Assembly: GCA_034439575.1 (NCBI GenBank)
Contig: JAWXAQ010000020.1
Coordinates: 1-64,000 of the forward strand
Length of the DNA stretch: 64,000 nt
Source of the DNA: Leptospira sp.
GTDB lineage: Bacteria; Spirochaetota; Leptospiria; Leptospirales; Leptospiraceae
Direction of reading: 5' to 3'
Shown: positions 1 through 9,599 of the stretch, one piece after another
How the letters are laid out: each line of letters starts with the position of its first letter
Numbering within the stretch: position 1 is the first letter of the stretch
Notes under the pieces: generated by a model
Database searches by the model: none
What the model was told of the DNA's origin: nothing
Seen by the model: the letters and a program-made list of their open reading frames with translations, nothing else
Translations under genes and position numbers: made by a program

Positions 1-1
1 G

Positions 2-106
2 GGACGTCCGGACATGGCTCAAGGTGGTGGTAAAAAACCAGAAAAATTGGATAAGGCAATAAACTTAGCAGTGTTAGAATTAAAAAAACAATTTGGAGTG
101 AAATAA
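2..106 (+). CDS. alaS: Alanyl-tRNA synthetase, C-terminal fragment (gene starts before the window)
   Basis: Frame 2 reads GRPDMAQGGGKKPEKLDKAI...GVK*, the typical DHHA1 C-terminus of AlaRS. The TAA at 104-106 overlaps the yajQ ATG. Confidence 0.85.
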   Translation, partial: GRPDMAQGGGKKPEKLDKAINLAVLELKKQFGVK

Positions 107-603
107 TGGCACAAGATCCATCATTCGATATCGTATCAAAAATTGACAGACCCGAATTGCAAAATGCGGTGGCTCAGGCGATGACAGAAATTAGTACTCG
201 TTTTGACTTCAAGGGCTCTAATTCAGAGATCAAATTAAAAGATGAAGAATTGATCCTTACCTCAGAAAATGATATCAAACTCAAACAAGTGATAGACGTT
301 CTTACGACTAAAATGGCAAAACGAGGGATCAGTCTCAGGGCCTTTGATTTTGAAGGAAAAATTGAAACGGCAACTGGCCAAACAGTGCGCCAAAAAGTTA
401 AAATCCAAACTGGCCTTGGACCTGATCAAACCAAAAAAATTACTAACCTCATCAAAGAATCGAAGCTCAAAGTACAAGTGACAATCCAAGGTGATTCTGT
501 GCGCGTTGTTGGCAAAAAGAAGGATGATTTACAGGATGTGATGCAGCTTGTGAAAAATGCTAATTTCACTTTTGATGCTAATTTTACCAATTTTAAAGGC
601 TAA
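106..603 (+). CDS. yajQ: YajQ-family nucleotide/c-di-GMP-binding protein
   Basis: PSFDIVSK, RFDFKGS, QIQGD-like VTIQGDSVRV and GKKKDDLQ motifs; 165 aa. Confidence 0.93.
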   Translation: MAQDPSFDIVSKIDRPELQNAVAQAMTEISTRFDFKGSNSEIKLKDEELILTSENDIKLKQVIDVLTTKMAKRGISLRAFDFEGKIETATGQTVRQKVKIQTGLGPDQTKKITNLIKESKLKVQVTIQGDSVRVVGKKKDDLQDVMQLVKNANFTFDANFTNFKG

Positions 604-659
604 AATTCCGCTCTGGTTTTTTTTCTGTGCTATGTCCCAAATGTACCGATATTTTCGGT

Positions 660-3599
660 ATGGAAAAAGAGAAAGCCATACCTGGGTGGAACGCGATCCG
701 CCAAGATTTAAGTCCGTATTTGCTCGTTTTTATGGGAGTATTTTTATTACTTTCCTTGTTTTCTTTTGCGGAAGGTGATGATGGGTCGGGTGCCAATTGG
801 TTCGGACGCATTGGCTACTATGTATCATTTACTTTCTTTTATTTATTTGGAAAATCCGCATTTTTTCTAGCCGGATTTTCCCTGATCCTTGGCGTAATCT
901 CTTTTAAAAATCCTGATTTTGATAAATTGGGCAAGGCTTTATTTTTTCCGCTCTTTCTCATTGGCACAAGTGTTTCACTCAACATTTTAGAAACACCCAT
1001 GGGAAATCTTGGTGATGGGGGCGGAATCGTTGGTCTCTTCTTTTCTTGGTTATTGAATTATCTATTTGGCGATACTGGGCGCGTCATCGTTGTTTTCTTT
1101 TTATATATTTATTCTGCTATAGTATGGTTAGAAGATACTGCGTGGAGTTTTTCTTTTCATAAGATCAATCAAATATCAAATTCTGTTTATCAAATGTTTG
1201 GTGGTAAAAGAGATATCTCTCACTTAAAACTTCCCGCCTTTTTGCAAGACTGGGTAAGTGTAAAAAAAATAGATTCTTTTGAAGGGAATACTGCCACTCC
1301 ATTTTTTCCGAACAAAAGTTGGATTGAAAGGAAAAATGCAAACGAAGATCTTTCCCCAAAAATGGAATCCTTTTTTGATATAGAAGAAAATGCAAACAAG
1401 GTTTCTGAATCTAATTTTGAATCTTCTTTATATGTGGAAAAAAAAGACAAACAAGTTCAAAGTCCAAGGTATCGATATAAAAATACGTCTCTATACCATG
1501 GTTTTTTTGAAGAAACGGGCAAGGTCTATAGATTTCATAATGCATCGCATAACTTACAAAGAAAATTAAATTCAGAACCGACGAAACAAAGATTATACGC
1601 TATGAAGTTAGTCGACTTCCGTGGGGAAAAAAAAGAATTTACTTCCAATGAATTCGGTTCAGATGAAATTTTTTCTGATCCAATCGTACATGAGGAATTT
1701 GTTTTTGAGAAATCTAGTATCAAACCAAATTTAAGAGAGCTTTTACCTTCTGTTTCAGATGATTCCTCTTTGAAGAAAAAAAGTCCGATGATTGATTTTT
1801 CTGATCTGGAATTGTATGAAAAAGCAGGTGGGGAATATTCTGAAGATGAGGAAGAAGAAATTTTGGATGATGAGGATGAATCCTACTTTCCAGAAGACTT
1901 AGAAGATGAAGAAGAGTTAGTCGATCTATCCGAAAATCTTCCAGACAATTTTGAAATTGATAGAGTAGATATTGAACCTGAGGAAGATGTAGCAGAAGTC
2001 ATCAATTCAGATATTTCAGAAGGAAATGACTCTACCGAAGATTTGATGGAATCTCTTCCCGTGGTCGCAGAGGAAATCCTTCCCCCAAGTAACGTCTATG
2101 CTATGGAAAAAAGAAAACCAAAGATAGAAAAACCTGCGGAAAAAGAAGAATTTCCTCTCGGTTCTATGGTGCCTTCGGTAAAACTCAAAAAAGGGAAATA
2201 TTATATATCGCATAAACTTTTTAGTGATCATAGACCAACGCAAGCCTATAGTGCGAAAAATGAGATCGAAGTAGAAACGGTCATAAAAAAAATTGAAGAG
2301 ATCATTGGCCATTTTGGAGTAGAAGTAAAAGTCATATCCAAAGAAAGAGGACCGATTATCACGCGTTATGAGCTGACAATTCCCTACGGAGTTAAGTTAA
2401 ATAAAATTACAACCCTTGTTGATGAAATTCGAGGGCATTTAGAAGTGACGAATGTGCGAATTGTTGCACCTATACCTGGTAAGTCGACAATAGGAATTGA
2501 AGTTCCAAACATTCATAGAGAAGATGTATTTTTATCTGAAATATTAAAAGACCAAGTTTTGCAAAGCAAAAACAAAGGTCTCACTATTTCCATTGGTAAA
2601 GATATTTCTGGTAAAATCGTAAATATTGATTTAGCAAAATTGCCACACTTACTTGTGGCGGGAACAACTGGTTCCGGTAAGTCGGTGAGTTTGAACTCCA
2701 TGATCACGAGTTTGATTTGTACTCGTTCCCCTGAAGAAGTTCGTTTTATCATGATTGACCCAAAAATGGTAGAGATGACTCTCTATGAAGATATTCCACA
2801 TCTTTTAATGCCAGTCATCACCGACCCTCGTAAGGCGAACAAAGCACTTGCTTGGGCGATTGATGAAATGGAATCCCGTTACCAAATCGTTTCCAAATTA
2901 AAAAGTAGGGATTTCAAAAGTTATAATGAAAAGGTTGAGCAATATGCCCATGCACAAGGTTACCAAAAATTCCCATACATTGTGATTTTTATAGATGAGT
3001 TGGCAGATTTGATGATGGTCTCCGGCAAAGAATTGGAAGAAAAAATCCAAAGGATCTCACAAAAATCGAGAGCGGTCGGAATCCATTTGGTCATGGCCAC
3101 ACAAAGACCTTCCGTGGATGTGATCACAGGACTTATCAAGGCCAATTGTCCGGCCCGTGCGGCATTCAAAGTGGCTCAAAAAACAGATTCGCGCACGATC
3201 CTCGATTCGAATGGAGCTGAATCCTTACTCGGCAAAGGAGATTTTCTCTACCGATCTCCAGAAGATTCGGATCTCATAAGAATTCAGGCGCCTTTTATTG
3301 AAGAAAAGGAGATTGAAGCCATTGTGGAAGAGGCCAAAAAACAAGGCGCTCCAGCGTACATTGAAATCGATTGGGAAGAGGAAAGTTCGACAGAAACTTT
3401 TGACGATGAAGACGAAGACCTTTTTGACCAAGCTTGGACCATAGTCCTAACTGAAAAAAAAGCCAGTGCGAGTTATTTACAAAGAAGGATGCGAATCGGT
3501 TACAACAAAGCGGCAAGACTTATGGAACTGATGGAAGCACGCGGATATGTCTCTCCGCAAATCGGAGCCAAACCACGTGAAATCCTCCGCTCAGCGTAA
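660..3599 (+). CDS. ftsK: DNA translocase FtsK/SpoIIIE (start likely ATG 660 rather than 627)
   Basis: N-terminal TM segments, long acidic linker, PHLLVAGTTGSGKS Walker A, IDELADLMM, ATQRPSVDVITG, gamma domain SYLQRRMRIGYNKAARL. Confidence 0.96.
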   Translation: MEKEKAIPGWNAIRQDLSPYLLVFMGVFLLLSLFSFAEGDDGSGANWFGRIGYYVSFTFFYLFGKSAFFLAGFSLILGVISFKNPDFDKLGKALFFPLFLIGTSVSLNILETPMGNLGDGGGIVGLFFSWLLNYLFGDTGRVIVVFFLYIYSAIVWLEDTAWSFSFHKINQISNSVYQMFGGKRDISHLKLPAFLQDWVSVKKIDSFEGNTATPFFPNKSWIERKNANEDLSPKMESFFDIEENANKVSESNFESSLYVEKKDKQVQSPRYRYKNTSLYHGFFEETGKVYRFHNASHNLQRKLNSEPTKQRLYAMKLVDFRGEKKEFTSNEFGSDEIFSDPIVHEEFVFEKSSIKPNLRELLPSVSDDSSLKKKSPMIDFSDLELYEKAGGEYSEDEEEEILDDEDESYFPEDLEDEEELVDLSENLPDNFEIDRVDIEPEEDVAEVINSDISEGNDSTEDLMESLPVVAEEILPPSNVYAMEKRKPKIEKPAEKEEFPLGSMVPSVKLKKGKYYISHKLFSDHRPTQAYSAKNEIEVETVIKKIEEIIGHFGVEVKVISKERGPIITRYELTIPYGVKLNKITTLVDEIRGHLEVTNVRIVAPIPGKSTIGIEVPNIHREDVFLSEILKDQVLQSKNKGLTISIGKDISGKIVNIDLAKLPHLLVAGTTGSGKSVSLNSMITSLICTRSPEEVRFIMIDPKMVEMTLYEDIPHLLMPVITDPRKANKALAWAIDEMESRYQIVSKLKSRDFKSYNEKVEQYAHAQGYQKFPYIVIFIDELADLMMVSGKELEEKIQRISQKSRAVGIHLVMATQRPSVDVITGLIKANCPARAAFKVAQKTDSRTILDSNGAESLLGKGDFLYRSPEDSDLIRIQAPFIEEKEIEAIVEEAKKQGAPAYIEIDWEEESSTETFDDEDEDLFDQAWTIVLTEKKASASYLQRRMRIGYNKAARLMELMEARGYVSPQIGAKPREILRSA

Positions 3600-3639
3600 A
3601 TCATCGACAAAGTAGGCTTTTCTGAAAAACTGGGAAACT

Positions 3640-4353
3640 ATGAAAGCTCTTATCTCTTCCGTTTGTTTGGTTCTGATCGTGGGAAGCCCAGTTTCCGCGC
3701 AAACAAACCCAGCTCACAATTGGCATTCCCCTTCCGAGGTTGTGAAAAAAATTAAAAAGAAATTTTCTGAGATCAATTCTTATTCAGCTGATTTTCAAAT
3801 CCGCACTTTAGATAATAAAAAAGAAAAATTTATGAAGGGTAAGTGCCTCTATAAGCGACCTGGAAAGATTCGTTATAATTTTAATGAACCAGAAGGGGAC
3901 GAAATTGTCTCTGATGGTAAAACTCTATATATCTTTATCAAACGCTTAGGCGCCGTCGGCAAACAAGACTTAACTTTAGATAAAAAAAATTCATCAGGTG
4001 CGATATTCAATACAAATAGTGCAGATGGTTTGTCTAGGCTTTTTAGAAAGTATCATTATAAGTTTGATGCGATCGAACAACCACGTCTTGTGATTGATAA
4101 GGACCCAATAAAGTATTTTGTATTGGAGCTTGATCAAAGAGAGAAGATCGGTGGATTCGAAAAGATGAAATTGTTTGTAGATTCAGAGTCATATCTGATC
4201 AAACGCGCGATCGCAACCGATGGACGAGGTAAAGAAACGACCATCGCTTTTAATAATATAAACTTTGAAGAAGAAATCCAAGATGGTGTCTTTAATTTTC
4301 ACATGAGTGGAAATGCCAAGATCGTAAATAATCCGTTAGTTTCTGATAACTAG
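3640..4353 (+). CDS. lolA: LolA-family outer-membrane lipoprotein carrier protein
   Basis: Signal peptide, [13 protein letters not shown] and IVSDGKTLY motifs; follows ftsK as in many bacteria. Confidence 0.85.
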   Translation: MKALISSVCLVLIVGSPVSAQTNPAHNWHSPSEVVKKIKKKFSEINSYSADFQIRTLDNKKEKFMKGKCLYKRPGKIRYNFNEPEGDEIVSDGKTLYIFIKRLGAVGKQDLTLDKKNSSGAIFNTNSADGLSRLFRKYHYKFDAIEQPRLVIDKDPIKYFVLELDQREKIGGFEKMKLFVDSESYLIKRAIATDGRGKETTIAFNNINFEEEIQDGVFNFHMSGNAKIVNNPLVSDN

Positions 4354-4374
4354 TTCCGTATAAGAGGAAATATT

Positions 4375-5469
4375 TTGAATACAAAAAGAGTCGGCCAAAT
4401 TTTAAAAGAATCGAGAGAAGACAAAAAACTTTCGGTTAAAGATGTTTCCAAAGAAACAAACATTGCTGCGAAATATATCATTGCACTCGAGACGGAAGAT
4501 TATTCACAATTTCCTGCTGAAACCTTTGCCCTAGGATTTTTAAAAAATTATGCCAGTTATTTAAAACTCGATACAGCCATGTTACTTAATTTGTATCGGG
4601 GAGAACAAATCGAAGAATCTCAGGCACCATTAGAAGAATTAACAAGGCCGACTATGTCTAGTTTTACACTTGATAGAAATAAATTTATCACTTTAATCAG
4701 TGTCGCATTGTTTGCTGTTTCGGCATATATCATCTATTTGAGTTTCGAAGATTCTGGTCCTTCAATGGCAGAGGATGAGTCGACTGAAATCACTGAAACA
4801 TCTAACACGTCTTCTTCGGAAATTCCATCGGGTATAAATTTTGTATCACAGAGTGTTCCTGAAAATACAAGTGTGCCTTTTATTTTAACAGAAGATCGTG
4901 GCGTTTCTTTTAGTGTAAATAACCAACAGTGCAAGATGTTTATTAATGGTGTAAAGAGCGGTAAAGCAAATATCGGATTTAATATTTTCCCTGAAAAGAA
5001 TGTATATTTTTTCCAATCGGCGGAAGGTGAAGAAACCATTCTTTCTTACCGAATTCAAGAGTTATCATCACTTAGGCGAGACATTCGAGTCGTGACACAA
5101 GCGGTGACAGAAAAATCTGCAAAGGTTCTTGTGACTCTAAAAGAAGAAAGAGAAGGGGTCGCATCCAAACCTGTGGGTGACGTTCCCATTCAAGTAGCAT
5201 TATTTTTCTCTAAACCGAGTTATGTGGAATTTGTCATAGATGGGCAAATGGGTGAAAGAGGACTTGTTTCTGCCGGCGAAGTCAAACACTTGGAAGCTCG
5301 GGATAGGCTTGAGATGAAAGTAGGTGACGGAGGGGCCGTGGAGATGGTTCAGAATGGAAAAGAAAGAGTTGTCCTTGGAAAACCAGGAAAACTTGTGAAA
5401 AAGATTTTTATCCGTAAACAAAATCCATACGATTCCACACAGTCCATCATTGGTGAGTTAGGCGAATAA
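4375..5469 (+). CDS. RodZ-like protein (N-terminal HTH_25, single TM, C-terminal DUF4115-like domain)
   Basis: GQILKESRE...[10 protein letters not shown]...[16 protein letters not shown], then a TM helix; ftsK-lolA-rodZ-rimO-pgsA synteny. Confidence 0.8.
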   Translation: MNTKRVGQILKESREDKKLSVKDVSKETNIAAKYIIALETEDYSQFPAETFALGFLKNYASYLKLDTAMLLNLYRGEQIEESQAPLEELTRPTMSSFTLDRNKFITLISVALFAVSAYIIYLSFEDSGPSMAEDESTEITETSNTSSSEIPSGINFVSQSVPENTSVPFILTEDRGVSFSVNNQQCKMFINGVKSGKANIGFNIFPEKNVYFFQSAEGEETILSYRIQELSSLRRDIRVVTQAVTEKSAKVLVTLKEEREGVASKPVGDVPIQVALFFSKPSYVEFVIDGQMGERGLVSAGEVKHLEARDRLEMKVGDGGAVEMVQNGKERVVLGKPGKLVKKIFIRKQNPYDSTQSIIGELGE

Positions 5470-6812
5470 TGCCAAAAACACAAATTGCGACAGAAGACTT
5501 ACCTAAGTCTTTTTATATTACAACTCTTGGATGTCCCAAAAACACTGTGGACTCCATGAGTATGCACCATTCTCTTTTAAAAGAAGGACTGCTTCCTGCA
5601 TCAGATCCAGAAGCCAGTGATTTTCATTTAATCAATACTTGTACTTTCATTCAAGATGCAACCAAGGAAACCATCCAAACTATTTTAGACTCTATAAATC
5701 TGAAAAAAAAAAGTAAACAAAAGTTAGTTGTGGTGGGTTGTTTTGCCGAGAGAGCAGGCAAAGAAATCTCTGATGATTTACCAGAAGTGGACTTACATTT
5801 TGGAACAGGAAAATATGATAAAGCAGGTGAACTGTTAAGAAAATCCTTTCCCTTGGATTTCAAAGATACAAAAGAATTTAACGAGGATATTTTAGAACGC
5901 CTAACTCTTTCCACAAATATTGAAAATTATTCTAAACCGTATTCGTATGTAAAAATTTCTGATGGTTGTAACCGAGGTTGCAGTTTTTGCATTATACCAA
6001 ACTTACGCGGTAAATTTAAAGACTCTGACATCAATGATGTTCTTTTTGATACCAAAAAAGCCATCTCTGCAGGTGCGAAAGAAATTTGCCTGGTATCACA
6101 AGACACAGTATTTTACGGAAAAGATACGGACAAACTTTTGGAACTGATCCAATCCGTCGCCGATGTGAAGGATTTAAAAATCCTCAGACTTTTGTATTTA
6201 TACCCAGATAAAAAAACGGAAAAAGTTTTGGATTTATATGGAAAAATCGAACACATTGCACCCTATTTAGAATCTCCCTTGCAACATGTTTCTAAAACAG
6301 TATTGAAAAGTATGAATCGCACTGGTGATTATGAATTTTTCAAAAGTTTGTTTCAGAAAGCAAGAGATGTGAAAAAGGATTTAGAAATTCGCACTTCTTT
6401 TATCCTGGGATTTCCTGGTGAAACAATGGACGACGTGGAAGAGATCATTCGATTTATACAAGATGTGAAACCTGAAAAAGTTAATTTATTTCCTTATTCG
6501 CCACAAGAAGGTACGAAAGGATTTGATTTACCAGGAATTATCAAGGACAAAGAAATTTCCAAACGAGTGAATTTAGTGCGCGATGCCTACCTTGAAACAT
6601 TAAAAGAGATTCACCAAAACCGCATTGGCAAAATTTACAATGCGATTGTAGATGAAGTGAATGAAGAGGGAGCGGTTGTTCGCCGTTATCAAGATGCACC
6701 AGAAATTGACGAAGTTGTGTTTGTAGAAAATAAAAACTTGAAAGTCGGGCAATTGGGTCAGGTCAAAGTGGATAGTTTTTACGAATTGGATATGACAGGA
6801 ACTTGGATTTAA
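5469..6812 (+). CDS. rimO: RimO/MiaB-family radical SAM methylthiotransferase (ribosomal protein S12)
   Basis: LGCPKNTVDS, INTCTFI, CNRGCSFC radical SAM motif, DAPEID TRAM region. Confidence 0.9.
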   Translation: MPKTQIATEDLPKSFYITTLGCPKNTVDSMSMHHSLLKEGLLPASDPEASDFHLINTCTFIQDATKETIQTILDSINLKKKSKQKLVVVGCFAERAGKEISDDLPEVDLHFGTGKYDKAGELLRKSFPLDFKDTKEFNEDILERLTLSTNIENYSKPYSYVKISDGCNRGCSFCIIPNLRGKFKDSDINDVLFDTKKAISAGAKEICLVSQDTVFYGKDTDKLLELIQSVADVKDLKILRLLYLYPDKKTEKVLDLYGKIEHIAPYLESPLQHVSKTVLKSMNRTGDYEFFKSLFQKARDVKKDLEIRTSFILGFPGETMDDVEEIIRFIQDVKPEKVNLFPYSPQEGTKGFDLPGIIKDKEISKRVNLVRDAYLETLKEIHQNRIGKIYNAIVDEVNEEGAVVRRYQDAPEIDEVVFVENKNLKVGQLGQVKVDSFYELDMTGTWI

Positions 6813-6815
6813 TAT

Positions 6816-7562
6816 ATGGAAGACTGGAAAACAATTGCCAATCTTCCGAATTTACTGACCGTTCTGCGCGTTGTTGCCTTGCCTTTTTTTGTATATGCAT
6901 TATTTCAAAAGGAAATTGAATTTCAAGTTTTCGCCTTTGTATTGTTTGCTCTCGCATCCATCACTGATCTTATCGATGGATACTTAGCCCGGAAGTGGAA
7001 CCAACAAACAGAATTTGGTAAATTTTTAGATCCATTAGCAGATAAATTTTTGGTTATCGGTTGTTTTGTGGCGTTTCTTTTTTTACATGAACCGATCGAA
7101 GTTTGGATGGTTGTCCTTATTGTCGGAAGAGATATGCTCATCACATTCCTTCGTTATATTGCGGTTCGTTCTGGAACAAGTTTGCAAACAACTATGATGG
7201 GAAAAGTAAAAACGGCCTTTCAGATGGGTGCCATTTTGATTATCCTTGTGACCTTTATGCTCGTATCTGGAAATCGAAAAGCTATGATCAATGAAATGTA
7301 TTCTCTTGGGAAAACGGCAGGTCTATCGACTTTTGAGATCGCCAATGAGAATGCGAAAAGTTTTTTTCATACCATTCAAAATGAGACTTTACCAGATTCT
7401 ACTGATCTCATCACACTTGCGGCCGCTTTTATTCCTTATTATGGAATGCTCCTAACAACGATTATAACTGTTATTTCTGGGATGAGATATATTTTTACAA
7501 ATTATTCCTTACTTGGTTTTTCAAATTTAAAAAGGATCTTTTATGATCGAATCAAAAATTAA
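6816..7562 (+). CDS. pgsA: CDP-diacylglycerol--glycerol-3-phosphate 3-phosphatidyltransferase
   Basis: NLPNLLT, TDLIDGYLARK...GKFLDPLADK CDP-alcohol phosphotransferase motif. Confidence 0.92.
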   Translation: MEDWKTIANLPNLLTVLRVVALPFFVYALFQKEIEFQVFAFVLFALASITDLIDGYLARKWNQQTEFGKFLDPLADKFLVIGCFVAFLFLHEPIEVWMVVLIVGRDMLITFLRYIAVRSGTSLQTTMMGKVKTAFQMGAILIILVTFMLVSGNRKAMINEMYSLGKTAGLSTFEIANENAKSFFHTIQNETLPDSTDLITLAAAFIPYYGMLLTTIITVISGMRYIFTNYSLLGFSNLKRIFYDRIKN

Positions 7563-8589
7563 AGAATTACTAAATTTAGTTATTTCTGGAAAAAACTTAA
7601 ACGAAAGTCAAGCGACCTATTTTTTGAATGAAGTCATGATCGGAAATGTTTCTGAAACTTTACTCGCATCTTTTCTCACTGCCTTAAAAATGAAAGGAGA
7701 AACGGAAGAAGAGTTAACCGGTTTTGTGAAGGCCATGCGAGCCAACGCACAAAAACCCACACAAATTTTTGATTTTAATTTTATTGATACTTGTGGAACG
7801 GGGGGAGACGGGAAAGGAAGTTTCAATATTTCAACCCTTTCTGCGTTTACTCTTGCGGCCTTAGGAGTGAAGGTCGCAAAACATGGAAACCGATCTGTAT
7901 CTTCTTTGTCTGGATCTTCGGACGTATTACAATCGATAGGCTACAATTTGGATTTGCCGAAAGAGGAACTGGAAAAAGAATTCCTCCGTACAGGATTTGT
8001 ATTTCTTTTTGCTCAGGCTTGGCATCCTTCTATGAAATACGCGGGTGCAGTGCGCCGTGAACTTGGCTTTCGCACCTTTTTTAATTTGATTGGACCTTTA
8101 TCAAATCCATTTGCACCAAAGTTTCAGGTTCTGGGCGTTTATGACCCAAGTCTTTTGACCATAGTTTCCAATGTCCTAAAACAAATCGGGATTCAAAAAT
8201 CCATCGTTTGTCATTCGCGCGATGGACTGGATGAATTCTCCATTTTTGAAGAGACGGATTATGTGTATTTTGACGGAACCAAAGCCGAAAAGATGGTGTT
8301 TTCACCAAGTTCTTTGAAAGGGCTTGGTCAAGTAAAGGAAGAGGAAGTTTTTACAAAAACCAAAGAGGATTCCTTCCGATTGTTCCAAACAGTTCTTTCT
8401 GGAAGGGCGACTTCTGGCACGGATATGGTCGCTTTGAATGCGGGTGCAGCACTTTTTGTTACTGGAAGGACTGAGTCCATATCTGAAGGATTTGACCTTG
8501 CCAAAGAGGCTCTGATTAGCAAAAAAGTTTTAAAATTTGTCAGGGAAACATTGAATTTAAGCCAAGCTATTGAATCTTTGGACAAATAG
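7543..8589 (+). CDS. trpD: Anthranilate phosphoribosyltransferase
   Basis: DTCGTGGDG, FNIST, KHGNRSVSS, GLDE motifs. Confidence 0.96.
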   Translation: MIESKIKELLNLVISGKNLNESQATYFLNEVMIGNVSETLLASFLTALKMKGETEEELTGFVKAMRANAQKPTQIFDFNFIDTCGTGGDGKGSFNISTLSAFTLAALGVKVAKHGNRSVSSLSGSSDVLQSIGYNLDLPKEELEKEFLRTGFVFLFAQAWHPSMKYAGAVRRELGFRTFFNLIGPLSNPFAPKFQVLGVYDPSLLTIVSNVLKQIGIQKSIVCHSRDGLDEFSIFEETDYVYFDGTKAEKMVFSPSSLKGLGQVKEEEVFTKTKEDSFRLFQTVLSGRATSGTDMVALNAGAALFVTGRTESISEGFDLAKEALISKKVLKFVRETLNLSQAIESLDK

Positions 8590-8595
8590 ACAATT

Positions 8596-8928
8596 ATGTA
8601 CACACTGATTCAATCCATTAGTCAATTTTCAATCCTTGCACAAGATGCTGCGGGAAACAGCGCCGGCACCCAATGGCAATCTTTAATGATCATTCCGATC
8701 ATGTTAGTCGCTATGTATTTCCTTGTGATCCTTCCGAACAAAAAAGAAGATAAAAAACGCAAAGAAATGATAAGCGGTCTTCAAAAAGGGGACAATATCA
8801 TCACAAGTAGCGGACTTCATGGCAAAATTGTAGAATTTAAAGATAACAACGAAACAGTTGTTATCAGCATTAGTGCCAATACAAATGTAACATTTGAAAC
8901 AAGTTCCATCGTTAAAAAGAAAGCTTAA
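8596..8928 (+). CDS. yajC: Preprotein translocase subunit YajC
   Basis: TM helix then LQKGDNIITSSGLHGKI; upstream of secDF. Confidence 0.93.
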   Translation: MYTLIQSISQFSILAQDAAGNSAGTQWQSLMIIPIMLVAMYFLVILPNKKEDKKRKEMISGLQKGDNIITSSGLHGKIVEFKDNNETVVISISANTNVTFETSSIVKKKA

Positions 8929-8930
8929 AC

Positions 8931-9578
8931 ATGAAACTGATTTTGCCTATATCCTTCCTACTTTTTTTCCTGTTAGGAGAGGTATGGGCACAAGACAATT
9001 TAGATTTTTTGGACAAAGTCAATGACAAACCAAAAGTTACGACACCTGTAAAAACCAAAGAAGAAACAACTTCGACAAACACGACAACTACGGTAAATAC
9101 TTCTACAAAGAAATCAATAGTAGTAAATACAAAGTCAAAGAAAAAAAGATCTAAAAAGAAAAATCAAACTATAACAAACAATACACAAAATCTTGTGGAT
9201 CCGAATCGTACGGATATTATTTCAAATAACACAAATGTTATCCCTGAAACAAAAAAACTAACCGTTTTACCAGAGATCATTAAAAAAGAAGAAGATATAT
9301 CTTTGTCTGGACTTTGGATTGAACCTGAAGTTGTGATTGAACCAGACGGTTTACCTGGATTTGGAAGTGATGTCTCTTTCGGAAAAGGTGCAAGTTCTGA
9401 TGAATCAAAAGGTTCTGGTGCCGTAGGAAGTCAGATTAGTAAGCCCTTATTTAGTTTTTCGGAATTTTTTGATAAGTATAAGAAAGCTATGATGATTCTT
9501 GGGATCATTGTTTTATTTGCATTCTATAGATTGCGAATGGCAAAACCTGGATCGAGTAGCAAATCTTATAGAAGATAA
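8931..9578 (+). CDS. Uncharacterised membrane protein inside the yajC-secD-secF operon
   Basis: N-terminal signal peptide, Thr/Lys/Asn-rich low-complexity middle, C-terminal TM with basic tail; starts 2 nt after the yajC stop. Confidence 0.8.
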   Translation: MKLILPISFLLFFLLGEVWAQDNLDFLDKVNDKPKVTTPVKTKEETTSTNTTTTVNTSTKKSIVVNTKSKKKRSKKKNQTITNNTQNLVDPNRTDIISNNTNVIPETKKLTVLPEIIKKEEDISLSGLWIEPEVVIEPDGLPGFGSDVSFGKGASSDESKGSGAVGSQISKPLFSFSEFFDKYKKAMMILGIIVLFAFYRLRMAKPGSSSKSYRR

Positions 9579-9599
9579 TTTAACCCAGGAGCATTTGTT

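Noticed and set aside
1800-2100. Asp/Glu-rich GAA/GAT repeats in ftsK
   Set aside because: Ordinary low-complexity FtsK linker, not a repeat element
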